This document shows positions 27,108 to 36,964 of a stretch of 64,000 bases of DNA, one piece after another. The notes beneath the pieces were generated by a model. The model was not told the origin of the DNA. It worked only from the letters and a program-made list of their open reading frames with translations, and ran no database searches. The DNA comes from Myxococcota bacterium. GTDB lineage: Bacteria; Myxococcota_A; SURF-8; G963663525. Location of the stretch: NCBI GenBank assembly GCA_963663525.2, contig CAXXHC010000001.1, forward strand, positions 2,406,525-2,470,524. The letters are read 5' to 3'. Within the stretch, counting starts at the first letter, position 1. Each line of letters starts with the position of its first letter. The translations under genes and the position numbers were made by a program.

Positions 27108-28406
27108 TCAGCCCTTTTTAAAATCTCCGATGGGCTTGCCGTGGGGGTCGGTGTCGGGGAATCCGACCTCCCGCGCCACCGCGTCCACCATCTCGCCGCT
27201 GATGTAGTGCTCCACGCGGTCGGCGGGATCGTGCAGATGGTCGGAGGGCAGGGGAGTGTGTTTGGCGAGGTAGCTTTCCCACAGGCGGTGCTTGCGGATC
27301 AATTTTCCCCCGGCCTTTCGCCCGGCGTCCGACAGGCGAAACGTCCCATCGCCGGATTCCAACTCTCCCGCGAAACGCAGGGCCACAAGCGCCGGACGCA
27401 ACGCCGGATTCCCGGCCATCGCCCGAAACAGTTCCTCACGGGTCATGCCTTCTGAAGGGCGGCGTTCCTCCCAGCGGAACAGCAGGGCGAGGATGTCTTC
27501 CCGAAGTACCCGGAATCCCACGCGAAATTGATAGATTTTGCGCGCCAGTAGTCCGTGGCGGGGCGCAAAAAACACTGCCAGCACGAAGTGCAGTCCCACC
27601 GCCACGGCCATGGCTCCGGCCACCGGAGTTTCGAACTCGAAGGCCAGTTCACGGCCCAGAAACGCCGAGGAAATACCGATTAAAGGAGCCAGCAAGGCCA
27701 TAACCTTCAGGCGATCGGTGAGCAGATAGGCCGTGGCCGAGGGGGCGACGAGCATCGCCACCACGAGAATCGAACCCACCGCCTCGAAAGCCACCACGGA
27801 AAACGCGGCGACCATCGCCATGAGCAGGTAATGTACGAGCGTCGTGCGAAAGCCCAGCGTGGTGGCCAGGGCCGGATCGAAAGACACCAGCTTCAGTTCT
27901 TTCCAGAACAAGAGTACGAAACCGATCACCGCCAGCGTCACAATGGCGAGGTGGAGTGCCATATAGGGAACTTCCACGCCGAAAAGCGGGTGGGTGTCCA
28001 GGGCGGCGGACTCCAGAATACCGTAGAGCACGCAGCCCGGATCGAGGTCCACCTGACTTGCTGCGCGGCTGATAAGCACCACCCCCAGCGCGAACATCGA
28101 GGTGAACACCACCCCGATGGAGGCGTCCTCGGCCACCCCGGCGTAACGGCGGATCGTCTCGGTCAGCAGGATCGTCAGGAGTCCTGCAAGCAGCGCGCCC
28201 GCAAGCATGGGCAGGGCTCCCCGACTTTGCGTGACGAGAAAGGCTATCGCCAGTCCCGGCAGCACGGCGTGGGAGATGGCGTCGCCCATCAGGCTCATTT
28301 TGCGCAGCACGAGGTAATTTCCCAGCAATGCCCCGGAAATATTCACCAACGCCCCGGTGAAGACGATCCAGAAGCCGATGGCGTCGAACCCCAGTATCGT
28401 ATCCAT
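27108..28406 (-). CDS. Metal ABC transporter permease (ABC-3 / ZnuB-MntB-TroD type) fused to a C-terminal DtxR/MntR-like domain
   Basis: ATG at 28406 overlaps the upstream stop (TGATG). N-terminal ~280 aa is polytopic. The tail contains RKHRLWESYLAKH...DHLHDPADRVEHYISGEM...DPHGKPI, the DtxR-family dimerisation/metal-site pattern. Confidence 0.8.
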   Translation of the reverse strand: MDTILGFDAIGFWIVFTGALVNISGALLGNYLVLRKMSLMGDAISHAVLPGLAIAFLVTQSRGALPMLAGALLAGLLTILLTETIRRYAGVAEDASIGVVFTSMFALGVVLISRAASQVDLDPGCVLYGILESAALDTHPLFGVEVPYMALHLAIVTLAVIGFVLLFWKELKLVSFDPALATTLGFRTTLVHYLLMAMVAAFSVVAFEAVGSILVVAMLVAPSATAYLLTDRLKVMALLAPLIGISSAFLGRELAFEFETPVAGAMAVAVGLHFVLAVFFAPRHGLLARKIYQFRVGFRVLREDILALLFRWEERRPSEGMTREELFRAMAGNPALRPALVALRFAGELESGDGTFRLSDAGRKAGGKLIRKHRLWESYLAKHTPLPSDHLHDPADRVEHYISGEMVDAVAREVGFPDTDPHGKPIGDFKKG

Positions 28407-29800
28407 CAGTCGTTCTCCACGGGATGCACCGACGCCGGAATCGTATCCGCGCCGCATCCTTCTCCAAGGTGCCGTTTTTCCAGGGCTTCCAGCATTTCAT
28501 CGGTGAGCAGGTGTTCCAATTCGTCGGCGTCGCGGTCCACGTGATCGGGTGCGATGGACGCCTGTTCGACGAGGAATATTTCCCACAGGCGATGCCGCCG
28601 GACGACTTCCGCCGCCTTTTCCCGGCCCGTGGGTGTCAAATACCACGCTTCGCTTTCCTTCCGGCGAATCTCCCCGGCGAGTCGCGCCCGAAAAAGCAAC
28701 AGGCGGATCGTCCACGCACTCCAGCTTCGGCAGCCGAGCAGACGATCCACGGACACGCCCTTTTCGGGGGCGGCGGTTTCGCTCTCTTCGATTTCGAAGA
28801 ACGCGCGAAGCAGATGCTGTCGGGAGATTTCCAGCGTCGCGGCGCTGCGTTTCCAGAGACGGGCAAGCACGCCTTTGCGTGGAGCCAGCATGGCCGACAC
28901 GAGAAACAGCGCCGATCCCGCCAGCACGATCACCGCCCCGGCGGGAAGGTCGTCGTACCGTGAACTTAGCCAGCTTCCCGTGAAACCGGTCAACAAGCCG
29001 ATGCCCCCGGACAGCAGCACCGTAACGCGAAGGTTGTCGCTCCAGAAACGCGCGGAAACCGCAGGGAGAATCAGCAATGCGGCCATGAGTACGACGCCCA
29101 CGGCGGGCAAACCGATCACGGTCGTGACCACGACGAGCCCCATCATGGCGGCATCGAGCGCCAAAGCCGGGAATCCCTGGACCGAGGCGAAGGAGCCGTC
29201 GAAGCTAACTAGCTTGAATTCCTTGAAAAACAGCGCTATGAACAGAGTTACGTTGGCCGCCACCAGCGAAATCGAAAGCAAGTCCCGCCCGATCATCCCC
29301 GCCGTCTTGCCCAGCAGAAAAGAGTCCAGCCCGGCCTGGCGTCCGGTGGGATCGTCCTGCACGATGCCCGAAAGCATCAGTCCCAGTCCGAACAGGACGC
29401 TCAGCACGATGCCGATGGCGGCATCCGCCTTGACGCGCGTGTTTTTCCGCAGCCACGAAATCGACAGGCTGCCGAATAGTCCGAACGCCGCCGCCCCCGC
29501 CATCATCGCCGGAAAATTGCGCTCTCCCAGGATAAGGTAGGCCAGCGCCAGCCCTGGAAGAGCCGAATGGGCTACCGCGTCGCCGACGAGAGAACGGCGG
29601 CGTAACACCGCGAAAACACCGATGGTTCCGGCGGAAAGTCCCAGAATCGAGGTGCCCATCAGGACGATGAACGTGTTGTACGGCGCACCGATCGCGGCGG
29701 CAAGGCGTTCGAGCAGACCTTGGAAGGTATCCACTCCGATGAGGGCGATAACCACCCCTTGAACGGCCAGAATCACGATGGCGACGAGCAACGGCTTCAT
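28406..29800 (-). CDS. Metal ABC transporter permease (ABC-3 / TroC type) fused to a C-terminal DtxR/MntR-like domain
   Basis: Polytopic for ~290 aa. Then a winged-helix-like segment and RRHRLWEIFLVEQASIAPDHVDRDADELEHLLTDEM. Confidence 0.8.
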   Translation of the reverse strand: MKPLLVAIVILAVQGVVIALIGVDTFQGLLERLAAAIGAPYNTFIVLMGTSILGLSAGTIGVFAVLRRRSLVGDAVAHSALPGLALAYLILGERNFPAMMAGAAAFGLFGSLSISWLRKNTRVKADAAIGIVLSVLFGLGLMLSGIVQDDPTGRQAGLDSFLLGKTAGMIGRDLLSISLVAANVTLFIALFFKEFKLVSFDGSFASVQGFPALALDAAMMGLVVVTTVIGLPAVGVVLMAALLILPAVSARFWSDNLRVTVLLSGGIGLLTGFTGSWLSSRYDDLPAGAVIVLAGSALFLVSAMLAPRKGVLARLWKRSAATLEISRQHLLRAFFEIEESETAAPEKGVSVDRLLGCRSWSAWTIRLLLFRARLAGEIRRKESEAWYLTPTGREKAAEVVRRHRLWEIFLVEQASIAPDHVDRDADELEHLLTDEMLEALEKRHLGEGCGADTIPASVHPVEND

Positions 29801-29801
29801 C

Positions 29802-30608
29802 TCATTTCCTCGCCTGCCGCATGGCTTCCGCCGCCTGATCGAGCACCGACAGGCGGCCTCCGTAGGTCTTTTGCAGGTTTTCCTCGGTGAACGTGGTCGA
29901 AACCGGTCCGTGGGCCACCACCCGCATATTCAACAAGATCAAATGATCGAAATATTCCTTTACCGTCTGCAAAGTGTGGTGCACGACGACCACCGTCTTG
30001 CCGCTGTCCCGCAGGGCGTGCAGCATGGTTAAAATGGCCTGTTCCGTGGCGGCGTCCACGCCCGCGAAAGGTTCGTCCATAAAATACAGTTTGGCGTCTT
30101 GAGCCAGGGCGCGCGCCAGAAACACCCGCTGCTGCTGCCCGCCGGAAAGCTGGCTGATCTGCCTTTTGGCGAAATCGGCCATCGCGACTTTTTCCAGGCA
30201 GTCCATCGCGATTTCACGGTCTTTGCGACCGGGACGCTTGAACCATCCCACGTGTCCGTAACGTCCCATCAGCACGACTTCCTCGACGCTGATCGGAAAA
30301 TCCCAGTCCACCGATTCCCGCTGCGGCACGTAGCCGACGAGCGCCCGTTGCTCTTTGTAGGGTTTGCCGAAAATTTCCACTTTGCCGCTGGCGCGCGGGA
30401 CGAGATCGAGCACCGCCTTCATCATCGTGCTTTTTCCCGCTCCGTTTGGTCCCAATACCGCGATGAGATTGTTTTCGGGCACGGTGAGGTCAATGTCCCA
30501 CAGCACGGGTTTTTGATGGTAGGCGACGGTCATGTCGTGGATTTCGAGAGGGGGGATGGTCTGAGATTCCACGGAAATGCCGCCCTCGGTACTGTTGTCA
30601 GAAAGCAT
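29802..30608 (-). CDS. Metal ABC transporter ATP-binding protein (ZnuC/MntA/TroB type)
   Basis: Walker A GPNGAGKST, signature LSGGQQQR, Walker B LYFMDEP. Confidence 0.9.
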   Translation of the reverse strand: MLSDNSTEGGISVESQTIPPLEIHDMTVAYHQKPVLWDIDLTVPENNLIAVLGPNGAGKSTMMKAVLDLVPRASGKVEIFGKPYKEQRALVGYVPQRESVDWDFPISVEEVVLMGRYGHVGWFKRPGRKDREIAMDCLEKVAMADFAKRQISQLSGGQQQRVFLARALAQDAKLYFMDEPFAGVDAATEQAILTMLHALRDSGKTVVVVHHTLQTVKEYFDHLILLNMRVVAHGPVSTTFTEENLQKTYGGRLSVLDQAAEAMRQARK

Positions 30609-30619
30609 CGTTTCCCCTG

Positions 30620-31579
30620 TTATTTCAATGCGTTGACGATGGTATCGACGTTGTGCCGGACCATGCCGATGTACGTACCTCCGGGCGTGTCCGCCGCGCC
30701 CATCGCATCGGAGAACAACTCGCCACCGATGGCCAGTTCATGGCCCTTGGCGCGGCAGCCCTCGACCAGCGCTTCCACGTTTTTCTGCGACACGCTGGAC
30801 TCGACGAACACCGCTTTGATCTTCTTGTCCACGATGAGTGACACCATACGGTTGATGTCTTTCACGCCGGCTTCGTCCTCGGTGCTGATGCCCTGCACGC
30901 CCATGACGTCGATATCGTAGGCGTCGCCGAAGTAGCCGAAGGCGTCGTGGGCGGTAATCAGCACCCGACGCTCTTTGGCAATCGAGGCGATGCGCCGATG
31001 GGTCCATTCGTGCAACTGCTTCATTTCCTTCAACAATTTCTCGGCGTTGGTGCGATATTCCGCCTTGTGGGACGGGTCTTTTTCGGCGAGCACGTCGCGG
31101 ATTTTCTCGGCGGCGAACATCCACAACTCCACGTTGAACCATACGTGGGGATCGTGTCCGCCCGCCACCGGTTCGCGCAATTTTTCGCGGGGGATGTCCC
31201 CGGCCACCGCCGTCACGGTTTTCTTGCGGGCCATTTTGTCGAGCACGTCCCCCAGTTTGCCTTCCAGGTGCAAGCCATTATAAAAGATCACGTCGGCCTT
31301 ACTGAGCGCACGAATGTCTTTTTCACGGGCTTTGTACAGGTGGGGATCGGTGCCCGGTCCCATCAGGGCATCCACCGTGGCGTGCTCCCCGGCGATGCGG
31401 CGGGCGAGGTCGGCGATCATCCCCACGGTGGCCACGACACGCAGTTTTTCGGGCTTGGTTTCGGCCACTTTTTTGGGGGCTGGCGTCGGTTTCGCCTCCT
31501 CTTGCGAGCTTTTCTCGCATCCTTGCATCATCCAAAACAGCGCGAACGCGACAAGCAGAAGAGTTTTCGCGATTTTCAT
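30620..31579 (-). CDS. Metal ABC transporter substrate-binding lipoprotein (cluster A-I: ZnuA/MntC/TroA type)
   Basis: GGAGA precedes ATG 31579. MKIAKTLLLVAFALFWMMQGC lipobox. DPHLY, DPHVWF and AFGYF motifs. No long His-rich loop, so metal specificity is open. Confidence 0.85.
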   Translation of the reverse strand: MKIAKTLLLVAFALFWMMQGCEKSSQEEAKPTPAPKKVAETKPEKLRVVATVGMIADLARRIAGEHATVDALMGPGTDPHLYKAREKDIRALSKADVIFYNGLHLEGKLGDVLDKMARKKTVTAVAGDIPREKLREPVAGGHDPHVWFNVELWMFAAEKIRDVLAEKDPSHKAEYRTNAEKLLKEMKQLHEWTHRRIASIAKERRVLITAHDAFGYFGDAYDIDVMGVQGISTEDEAGVKDINRMVSLIVDKKIKAVFVESSVSQKNVEALVEGCRAKGHELAIGGELFSDAMGAADTPGGTYIGMVRHNVDTIVNALK

Positions 31580-31616
31580 GGTTTCTCCGATTGCAACGAG
31601 CTTTCCAAGGTTCATG

Positions 31617-32537
31617 TTACGTTCCAGGGGTTTCGTCGGTATTTTCCGTTTTCGTGGATTCTCGAATCATTTCGAGATGTTGCGCCAGTGCTTCAATCAA
31701 CTCCCCACAGCCGCCTTCTCGAAGATAGCCGCTGTGATCGGGGAGATTTTCGAAGGTTTTTCCTGTGATCTTGGCACATTTGAATTCGAACTCGGAGTGT
31801 TTCAGGAAGTGCTCGATCACTTCGTTGGCCCGCGTCTGAAACTCCTTGGAATCCCACAGGTTTTTTCCCTGTTCCTTATCCGGGTCAAGGACTTCGAGGT
31901 GATTCAGCGCCAATATCCATAGGGCGGTTCCCAACGCTCCGCAGCCTCCGCCGCTCAATCCGATTCCCCCCGCGTATCCTGCCAGCATCGCGGCGTGCCG
32001 GTCGCTCATTCCCATCCTGCGGGCCAGCATAGAGGCGCAACTCACTGGCTCGTCCGGTGCTTCGGGCGGTTCGGTGGCGAGAGATTCTTCAATACTTTCA
32101 AAGGCTTCCGAGGCATAGCGCGATGCGAGCTTGAAACAGGTGATGGGTCCGCCTTTGGCCATGTAAAGAAACATCTGCCATTTCGATTTCCACTCCGTGT
32201 TCGTGATGTCGGCGCAGTCGATCGTCCCCGTGCGTGCATGGAAGGTTTCGACCAGCTTTTGCGTGGCGGCGAGAGCGGCGGCTTCGGCCCGAGATCCCGG
32301 ATCGGTGCGACGAGACGCCTCCGCGCCAGCCGCCAGCGTGGCTCCCCAGAGCATCCCGCACTGGTAGCCCCGCTGCATGATGCCGCCTGCGTATATCGAT
32401 GCCGCATGTTCCTCCGGCAGCGCGGGAACTCCGTAGGTGCGGTCGAGCACGTGCATGAGCGTTTCCGAGCAAGCTCCGACTTTTAAAAAGGTTTTTACCG
32501 TGTTCCACGGTGCGACGTGGTGTGTTTTTGGGTCCAT
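31617..32537 (-). CDS. Tandem C_GCAxxG_C_C-family (putative redox-active Cys) protein
   Basis: AAGGAGGG precedes ATG 32537. Two copies of the pattern (YQCGMLWGATLAAG...DCADIT...TCF and GGGCGALGTALW...KCAKIT...GGCGE). First gene of the metal-uptake operon. Confidence 0.7.
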   Translation of the reverse strand: MDPKTHHVAPWNTVKTFLKVGACSETLMHVLDRTYGVPALPEEHAASIYAGGIMQRGYQCGMLWGATLAAGAEASRRTDPGSRAEAAALAATQKLVETFHARTGTIDCADITNTEWKSKWQMFLYMAKGGPITCFKLASRYASEAFESIEESLATEPPEAPDEPVSCASMLARRMGMSDRHAAMLAGYAGGIGLSGGGCGALGTALWILALNHLEVLDPDKEQGKNLWDSKEFQTRANEVIEHFLKHSEFEFKCAKITGKTFENLPDHSGYLREGGCGELIEALAQHLEMIRESTKTENTDETPGT

Positions 32538-32893
32538 TGATTTTCCTTGTCCCTCCTTTGGCTTGATGGATCGCACATTATGCAGTCGAACCGTGTGAAT
32601 CCGTAACGTAATACATTAAGATGGGTTTGCTTCGTGAAATTTCAAGAAAATGGTTGCCACATTGCGCCCAAAGATGCAAAAGGATGCAGGATTGCTTCGT
32701 GGCGAATCGCTCGCCGGGCGGCGCGTCGGAATGGATTCCGAAACGCCTCGTCGAGAAGCTTTCACGGTCCGTGACACCCCGAATTTTCATGGTTTTTCGT
32801 TTTTTCCTTGCTATTCGTTCGCGGATCGTTAGATTTATAGCGCTTTTGAAACCGATACTCGTACACGCCGAGTATTGCACATGGAGACGAACG

Positions 32894-33130
32894 ATGAAAC
32901 AAGGAATTCACCCCCAGTACACCAAAGCCACCATCACCTGTGCCTGCGGCGCTTCCTACGAAACGAAAAGCACCTCGGGCGACTACACGATCGACATCTG
33001 TTCCGCCTGCCATCCGTTTTTCACCGGCAAACAGAAACTGGTGGATAGCGAAGGCCGCGTAGACCGCTTCAACAAGCGATTCGGCGGAACCTCGCTCGAA
33101 GATCGCTTCCAGGGCAAAAAGAAAAAATGA
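32894..33130 (+). CDS. rpmE: 50S ribosomal protein L31 (Cys-containing, zinc-ribbon type)
   Basis: MKQGIHPQY...CACG...[15 protein letters not shown] precedes ATG 32894. Confidence 0.95.
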   Translation: MKQGIHPQYTKATITCACGASYETKSTSGDYTIDICSACHPFFTGKQKLVDSEGRVDRFNKRFGGTSLEDRFQGKKKK

Positions 33131-34179
33131 AGCCACAACACAACGTCGGGGGACAGGCGATCATCGAAGGCATCATGATGCGTTCGCCGCACTCGCTGGC
33201 GATTGCCATCCGACGCGCTTCCGGGGAGATCGTCGTTACCGAACGTCCCTGGGAGGCCATCTGGAGCCGTTTGAAATTCCTGCGCCTGCCCTTTATCCGG
33301 GGATCGGTCGTGCTGATCGAGGCACTGGTCAACGGCATCCAGGCTCTTTATTTCAGCGCGCACCACGCCATGCTCGACGAAGAAGAGCGCCTGCGCCGTG
33401 AAGAGAACGGCGAGGAAGGTGCGGAACCCGAAACCCCGCTCAACCCCGACGAACTCGACGACAAAGACGGCGCGGTGTCCCGTTGGGCCCTGTACGGCAC
33501 CATCGTGCTTTCGCTGGGACTGGGATTTGCGCTGTTCAAGGGACTGCCGCACCTGTTGACCACGTTTGTGGGTCTGCAAACCGATCAGGTGCTGTTTCAT
33601 GTGATCGACGGACTCATCAAGATTACGCTGTTCATCGGCTATATTCTGCTTGTGGCGCGATTGCCGGACATGCGTCGGGTCTTCCAATACCACGGAGCCG
33701 AGCATAAGTCGATCTACGCCTACGAGAACGGCGAGGATCTCACCGTGGAAAATGCCAGGAAATACACGACCTTACATCCCCGATGCGGGACGAGTTTCAT
33801 CCTCATCGTGCTGCTGAGTTCGATCTTCATTTTCATGGTCGTGTTCCCGTTTCTGCCGCGTTTTCATCCGCACTGGTTCGTCAACGCGCTGTTGCAGGTG
33901 GCCGTTAAACTCCCGCTGATGTTGCCCATCGCCGGGCTGGCCTACGAGTTTCAGCGGTTTTCGTCCCGGCACATGGATCACTGGCTGATTCGGCTGGCCA
34001 CGAAACCGGGCCTTTGGATGCAACTGATTACCACGAAAGAGCCGGACGATTCGCAGCTTGAAATCGCCCTGGTCGCTTTGCGCAAAGCGCTGTGGCGGGA
34101 GTCGGTCGGCGTGGACGAGTTGTACGACAAAGAACGGAAAATCGAAGTTTACCGCAATCTGGCGGAAACAGGCTTTTAA
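33127..34179 (+). CDS. DUF1385 family membrane protein (usual rpmE-prfA neighbour)
   Basis: [16 protein letters not shown]-terminus. HGAEHK motif. ATGA overlap with rpmE. Confidence 0.85.
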   Translation: MKPQHNVGGQAIIEGIMMRSPHSLAIAIRRASGEIVVTERPWEAIWSRLKFLRLPFIRGSVVLIEALVNGIQALYFSAHHAMLDEEERLRREENGEEGAEPETPLNPDELDDKDGAVSRWALYGTIVLSLGLGFALFKGLPHLLTTFVGLQTDQVLFHVIDGLIKITLFIGYILLVARLPDMRRVFQYHGAEHKSIYAYENGEDLTVENARKYTTLHPRCGTSFILIVLLSSIFIFMVVFPFLPRFHPHWFVNALLQVAVKLPLMLPIAGLAYEFQRFSSRHMDHWLIRLATKPGLWMQLITTKEPDDSQLEIALVALRKALWRESVGVDELYDKERKIEVYRNLAETGF

Positions 34180-34215
34180 GCACTCCCCTTCAGAAGAAAA
34201 GTTCCCGATAACACC

Positions 34216-35286
34216 ATGTTCGAAAAATTGCAGGAAATCGAAGACCGTTTCGAGGAATTGACCCAAAAGCTGGGAGATCCGGACATCGCGACCAATCCCG
34301 ACGTCTTCCGGGTCATCAACAAGGAACGTAGCGACCTAGAAGAATTGGTGGAAAAATGGAGGGAATACAAGGAGTTGGACCGCAAGGCCAAGGATGCCGC
34401 CAATCTGCTCGACGATGACGACGAGGACATGCGCCAGTTGGCCAAGGAAGAACTGTCTGAACTTCAGGACGAGAAATCCGCCTGTGAAAAGAAGCTCAAG
34501 CACCTGCTTTTGCCCAAAGATCCCAACGACGGAAAGAACATTCTGCTCGAAATCCGGGCGGGAACCGGTGGCAACGAAGCGGCTCTTTTCGCGGGCGACC
34601 TGTTTCGCATGTACGGACGCTTTGCCGAAACCAAGCGCTGGAAGGTGGAAACGCTCAGTTCCAGTCCCAACGAAATCGGCGGTTTCAAGGAAATCGTGGC
34701 GACGATTTCGGGCAAAGACGTCTACTCCCACCTCAAATACGAATCCGGCGTGCATCGCGTTCAGCGGGTGCCGGTGACCGAATCCCAGGGACGCATCCAC
34801 ACCTCGGCGGCGACGGTCGCCGTGCTTCCGGAGGCCGAGGACGCCGACATCGAGGTTCGCGACGAAGACCTGCGCATCGATGTCTACCGCTCCTCCGGGG
34901 CGGGGGGACAGCACGTCAACACCAGTGATTCCGCCGTGCGCATCACCCATCTACCCACCAATCTCGTCGTGACCTGCCAGGACGAACGGAGCCAGATCAA
35001 GAACAAATCCAAGGCGATGAAGATTCTCCGCGCCAAACTCCTAGAGATCGAACAGCAGAAGGTTCAGCAGGAGCAGGCCGACAACCGAAAGGCGCAGGTC
35101 GGTTCCGGCGACCGTTCCGAGCGCGTGCGAACCTACAATTTTCCGCAAGGACGTTTGACGGATCATCGAATCGGGCTTACACTCTATAAGTTGGATGAAA
35201 TCGTCGAAGGAAATCTGGAGGATGTGATTATCGCCCTTCGGACCCACTTCCAGGCGGAAGCGTTGAAAGCGGGTTCGGAAAGCTGA
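34216..35286 (+). CDS. prfA: Peptide chain release factor 1
   Basis: GGQ motif (SGAGGQHVN). PVT tripeptide context [14 protein letters not shown]. Confidence 0.95.
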   Translation: MFEKLQEIEDRFEELTQKLGDPDIATNPDVFRVINKERSDLEELVEKWREYKELDRKAKDAANLLDDDDEDMRQLAKEELSELQDEKSACEKKLKHLLLPKDPNDGKNILLEIRAGTGGNEAALFAGDLFRMYGRFAETKRWKVETLSSSPNEIGGFKEIVATISGKDVYSHLKYESGVHRVQRVPVTESQGRIHTSAATVAVLPEAEDADIEVRDEDLRIDVYRSSGAGGQHVNTSDSAVRITHLPTNLVVTCQDERSQIKNKSKAMKILRAKLLEIEQQKVQQEQADNRKAQVGSGDRSERVRTYNFPQGRLTDHRIGLTLYKLDEIVEGNLEDVIIALRTHFQAEALKAGSES

Positions 35287-35343
35287 CGTTCCCCCGGTTT
35301 GCCGCACGTTTGGTTGAACTCTTTTCGAAAGTGCGAAAAAACC

Positions 35344-35760
35344 ATGAATCTTGCGGACATCATGACGCGTCGTGTGGTGACGGTAGAAATGGATGATACA
35401 CTGGATACCATCCAGAGTATTTTCCATCATGCTCGTTTTCACCATGTAATGGTTCTCGATGAAGAGGGTCATCTGGCCGGAGTTATTTCCGACCGTGACT
35501 TGTTGAAGGCGCTCAGTCCGTTTCTCGATACGCTTTCCGAACGAACAAAAGATGCCGATACGCTGAAGAAAAAAGCCCATCAGGTAATGTCGAGAGAACC
35601 CGTTACCGCCCGTCCTGACACCAAAATCTGCGATGCGGCGAACAAGCTGGTGCGACGAAGTATTTCCTGCTTACCCGTGATTGACAAACACGACGAAATC
35701 GTCGGGATCGTCACCTGGAAGGACATTCTGCGCCGTATCGTTTGCCAGGAACCGGAGTAA
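35344..35760 (+). CDS. CBS-domain pair protein
   Basis: MNLADIMTRRVVTVEMDD...HHVMVLDEEGHLAGVISDRD...LPVIDKHDEIVGIVTWKD. Confidence 0.85.
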   Translation: MNLADIMTRRVVTVEMDDTLDTIQSIFHHARFHHVMVLDEEGHLAGVISDRDLLKALSPFLDTLSERTKDADTLKKKAHQVMSREPVTARPDTKICDAANKLVRRSISCLPVIDKHDEIVGIVTWKDILRRIVCQEPE

Positions 35761-35784
35761 CCCTCGTTTCAAGGAGCCTGCGCC

Positions 35785-36288
35785 ATGGGAACCTTCGAAA
35801 ATCTCGCCCAAAAGGTCAAGAGTACGCGCATCGGCTTTGCGCTTGACGAAACCATGAGCGGCAGCCACGTTTTCGAGCCGGGATTCGGCCCGGCAGGCGA
35901 ACATCCTTTCGAATTCCGCCTGACCTGGGGACCGGACAATGTAATTCAGTGGGCGAATCCTCGTTCGAAAACCTTTTTATCCCAACCTCTCGAAGGAAAA
36001 ATCACCGCCGGAGGATTGTGCAGGGATTGTCATTGCTACGGAACCCTGACGTTGGACTATTTCCGTTCCCACAAGATCATTTATGATTTCGAATTCAGCG
36101 TGGACGGCAAGCCGTATCATTTTATTGGGGAAAAAGTGAACATCAAGCCCTGGAATCTTCCCGTATCCCACACCACCTGTTTCGGCACGGTCACCGAGAT
36201 GGATCAGGGGAAGCTGGTGTCGCGTTCCGTGACACATTTCCGTTTCCGCACCACCCTGGGCTTTCTCACGAGTCTGCGATTCGTCTGA
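35785..36288 (+). CDS. Hypothetical protein (167 aa)
   Basis: Coding-like composition. ATG lies 25 nt after the CBS gene stop. No family recognised. Confidence 0.55.
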   Translation: MGTFENLAQKVKSTRIGFALDETMSGSHVFEPGFGPAGEHPFEFRLTWGPDNVIQWANPRSKTFLSQPLEGKITAGGLCRDCHCYGTLTLDYFRSHKIIYDFEFSVDGKPYHFIGEKVNIKPWNLPVSHTTCFGTVTEMDQGKLVSRSVTHFRFRTTLGFLTSLRFV

Positions 36289-36430
36289 GTTCCGAAGGCT
36301 GGAAATCTAGAAATCTGCTTACAAAATAACTGCCAGTACAAGAAATTTACAGAAATTTCACTCGATGGTGGAGGTCTCCCACCTGAATCATTCGTAGCGG
36401 GTGGAAATTGAAAAAGTGCATACCCGAAAT

Positions 36431-36547
36431 GGACCCAAAGGGTCCAAGCGCCTCTCCCGCCGGGAGAGGCCGGTGCTTCAGCACCGGGTGAGGGGAAATT
36501 TCGTCTCCCCTCACCCTAACCCTTTCCCCAAGGGAGAGGGGATAAAA
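36431..36547 (-). repeat. Family B multi-hairpin element, copy 2 (inverted)
   Basis: Reverse complement of the 5715/50466 element: GGACCCAAAGGGTCC...CCTCTCCCGCCGGGAGAGG...GGTGCTTCAGCACC...GGGTGAGGGG..CCCCTCACCC... Confidence 0.85.
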
Positions 36548-36964
36548 GTCTATTGATTTCAGTGTGTTGCCATTGCCTCTGAAATGTTTCGCACTATTTT
36601 AGTTTCCGCCCATCCGGTGCTCGTCGGGTTTCCAATCCGACGGTGTGGAACCTGTCTGGAGGCTTGATCCTACGAACGGAAGAGACTTGCTCCAGCGAAG
36701 GGCATCCCGGACGAGTACGTTCGTTTCCACCATGCAAAAAAAGAAAGATTTATTTTCAAAGCCAACGGTTTTGGTGTACATTTTCGGGGCGTTTTGTTTC
36801 GGGTGTATTCTCTGATTGGTGGAAAAGCTTTGATCCAGGTTGTTGCGGAGTTGGAATATTCCAAATGATTCCGTTTGTCCCTTCCGTTTTTCGGTTGAGG
36901 TGTGGATGAATTCGTATCTTTTTCCGCCGGTGCAAGGCCGGTAACACGTCAAGGAGGAAATCAC

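Noticed and set aside
32538-32893. Zur/Fur/MntR operator in the divergent region between the metal-uptake operon and rpmE
   Set aside because: No convincing palindrome matches the boxes I know. The candidate TAACGTAATACATTA is not symmetric. It needs a motif scan with proper matrices.
36548-36964. Possible ZTP (pfl) or THF riboswitch in the long leader of fhs
   Set aside because: I could not find the conserved cores I remember (GACUGGCG ... CCGCCUGGGC for ZTP, or the THF aptamer junction). Only repeat-family fragments and an SD are present. A covariance-model scan (Rfam RF01750, RF01831) would be decisive.
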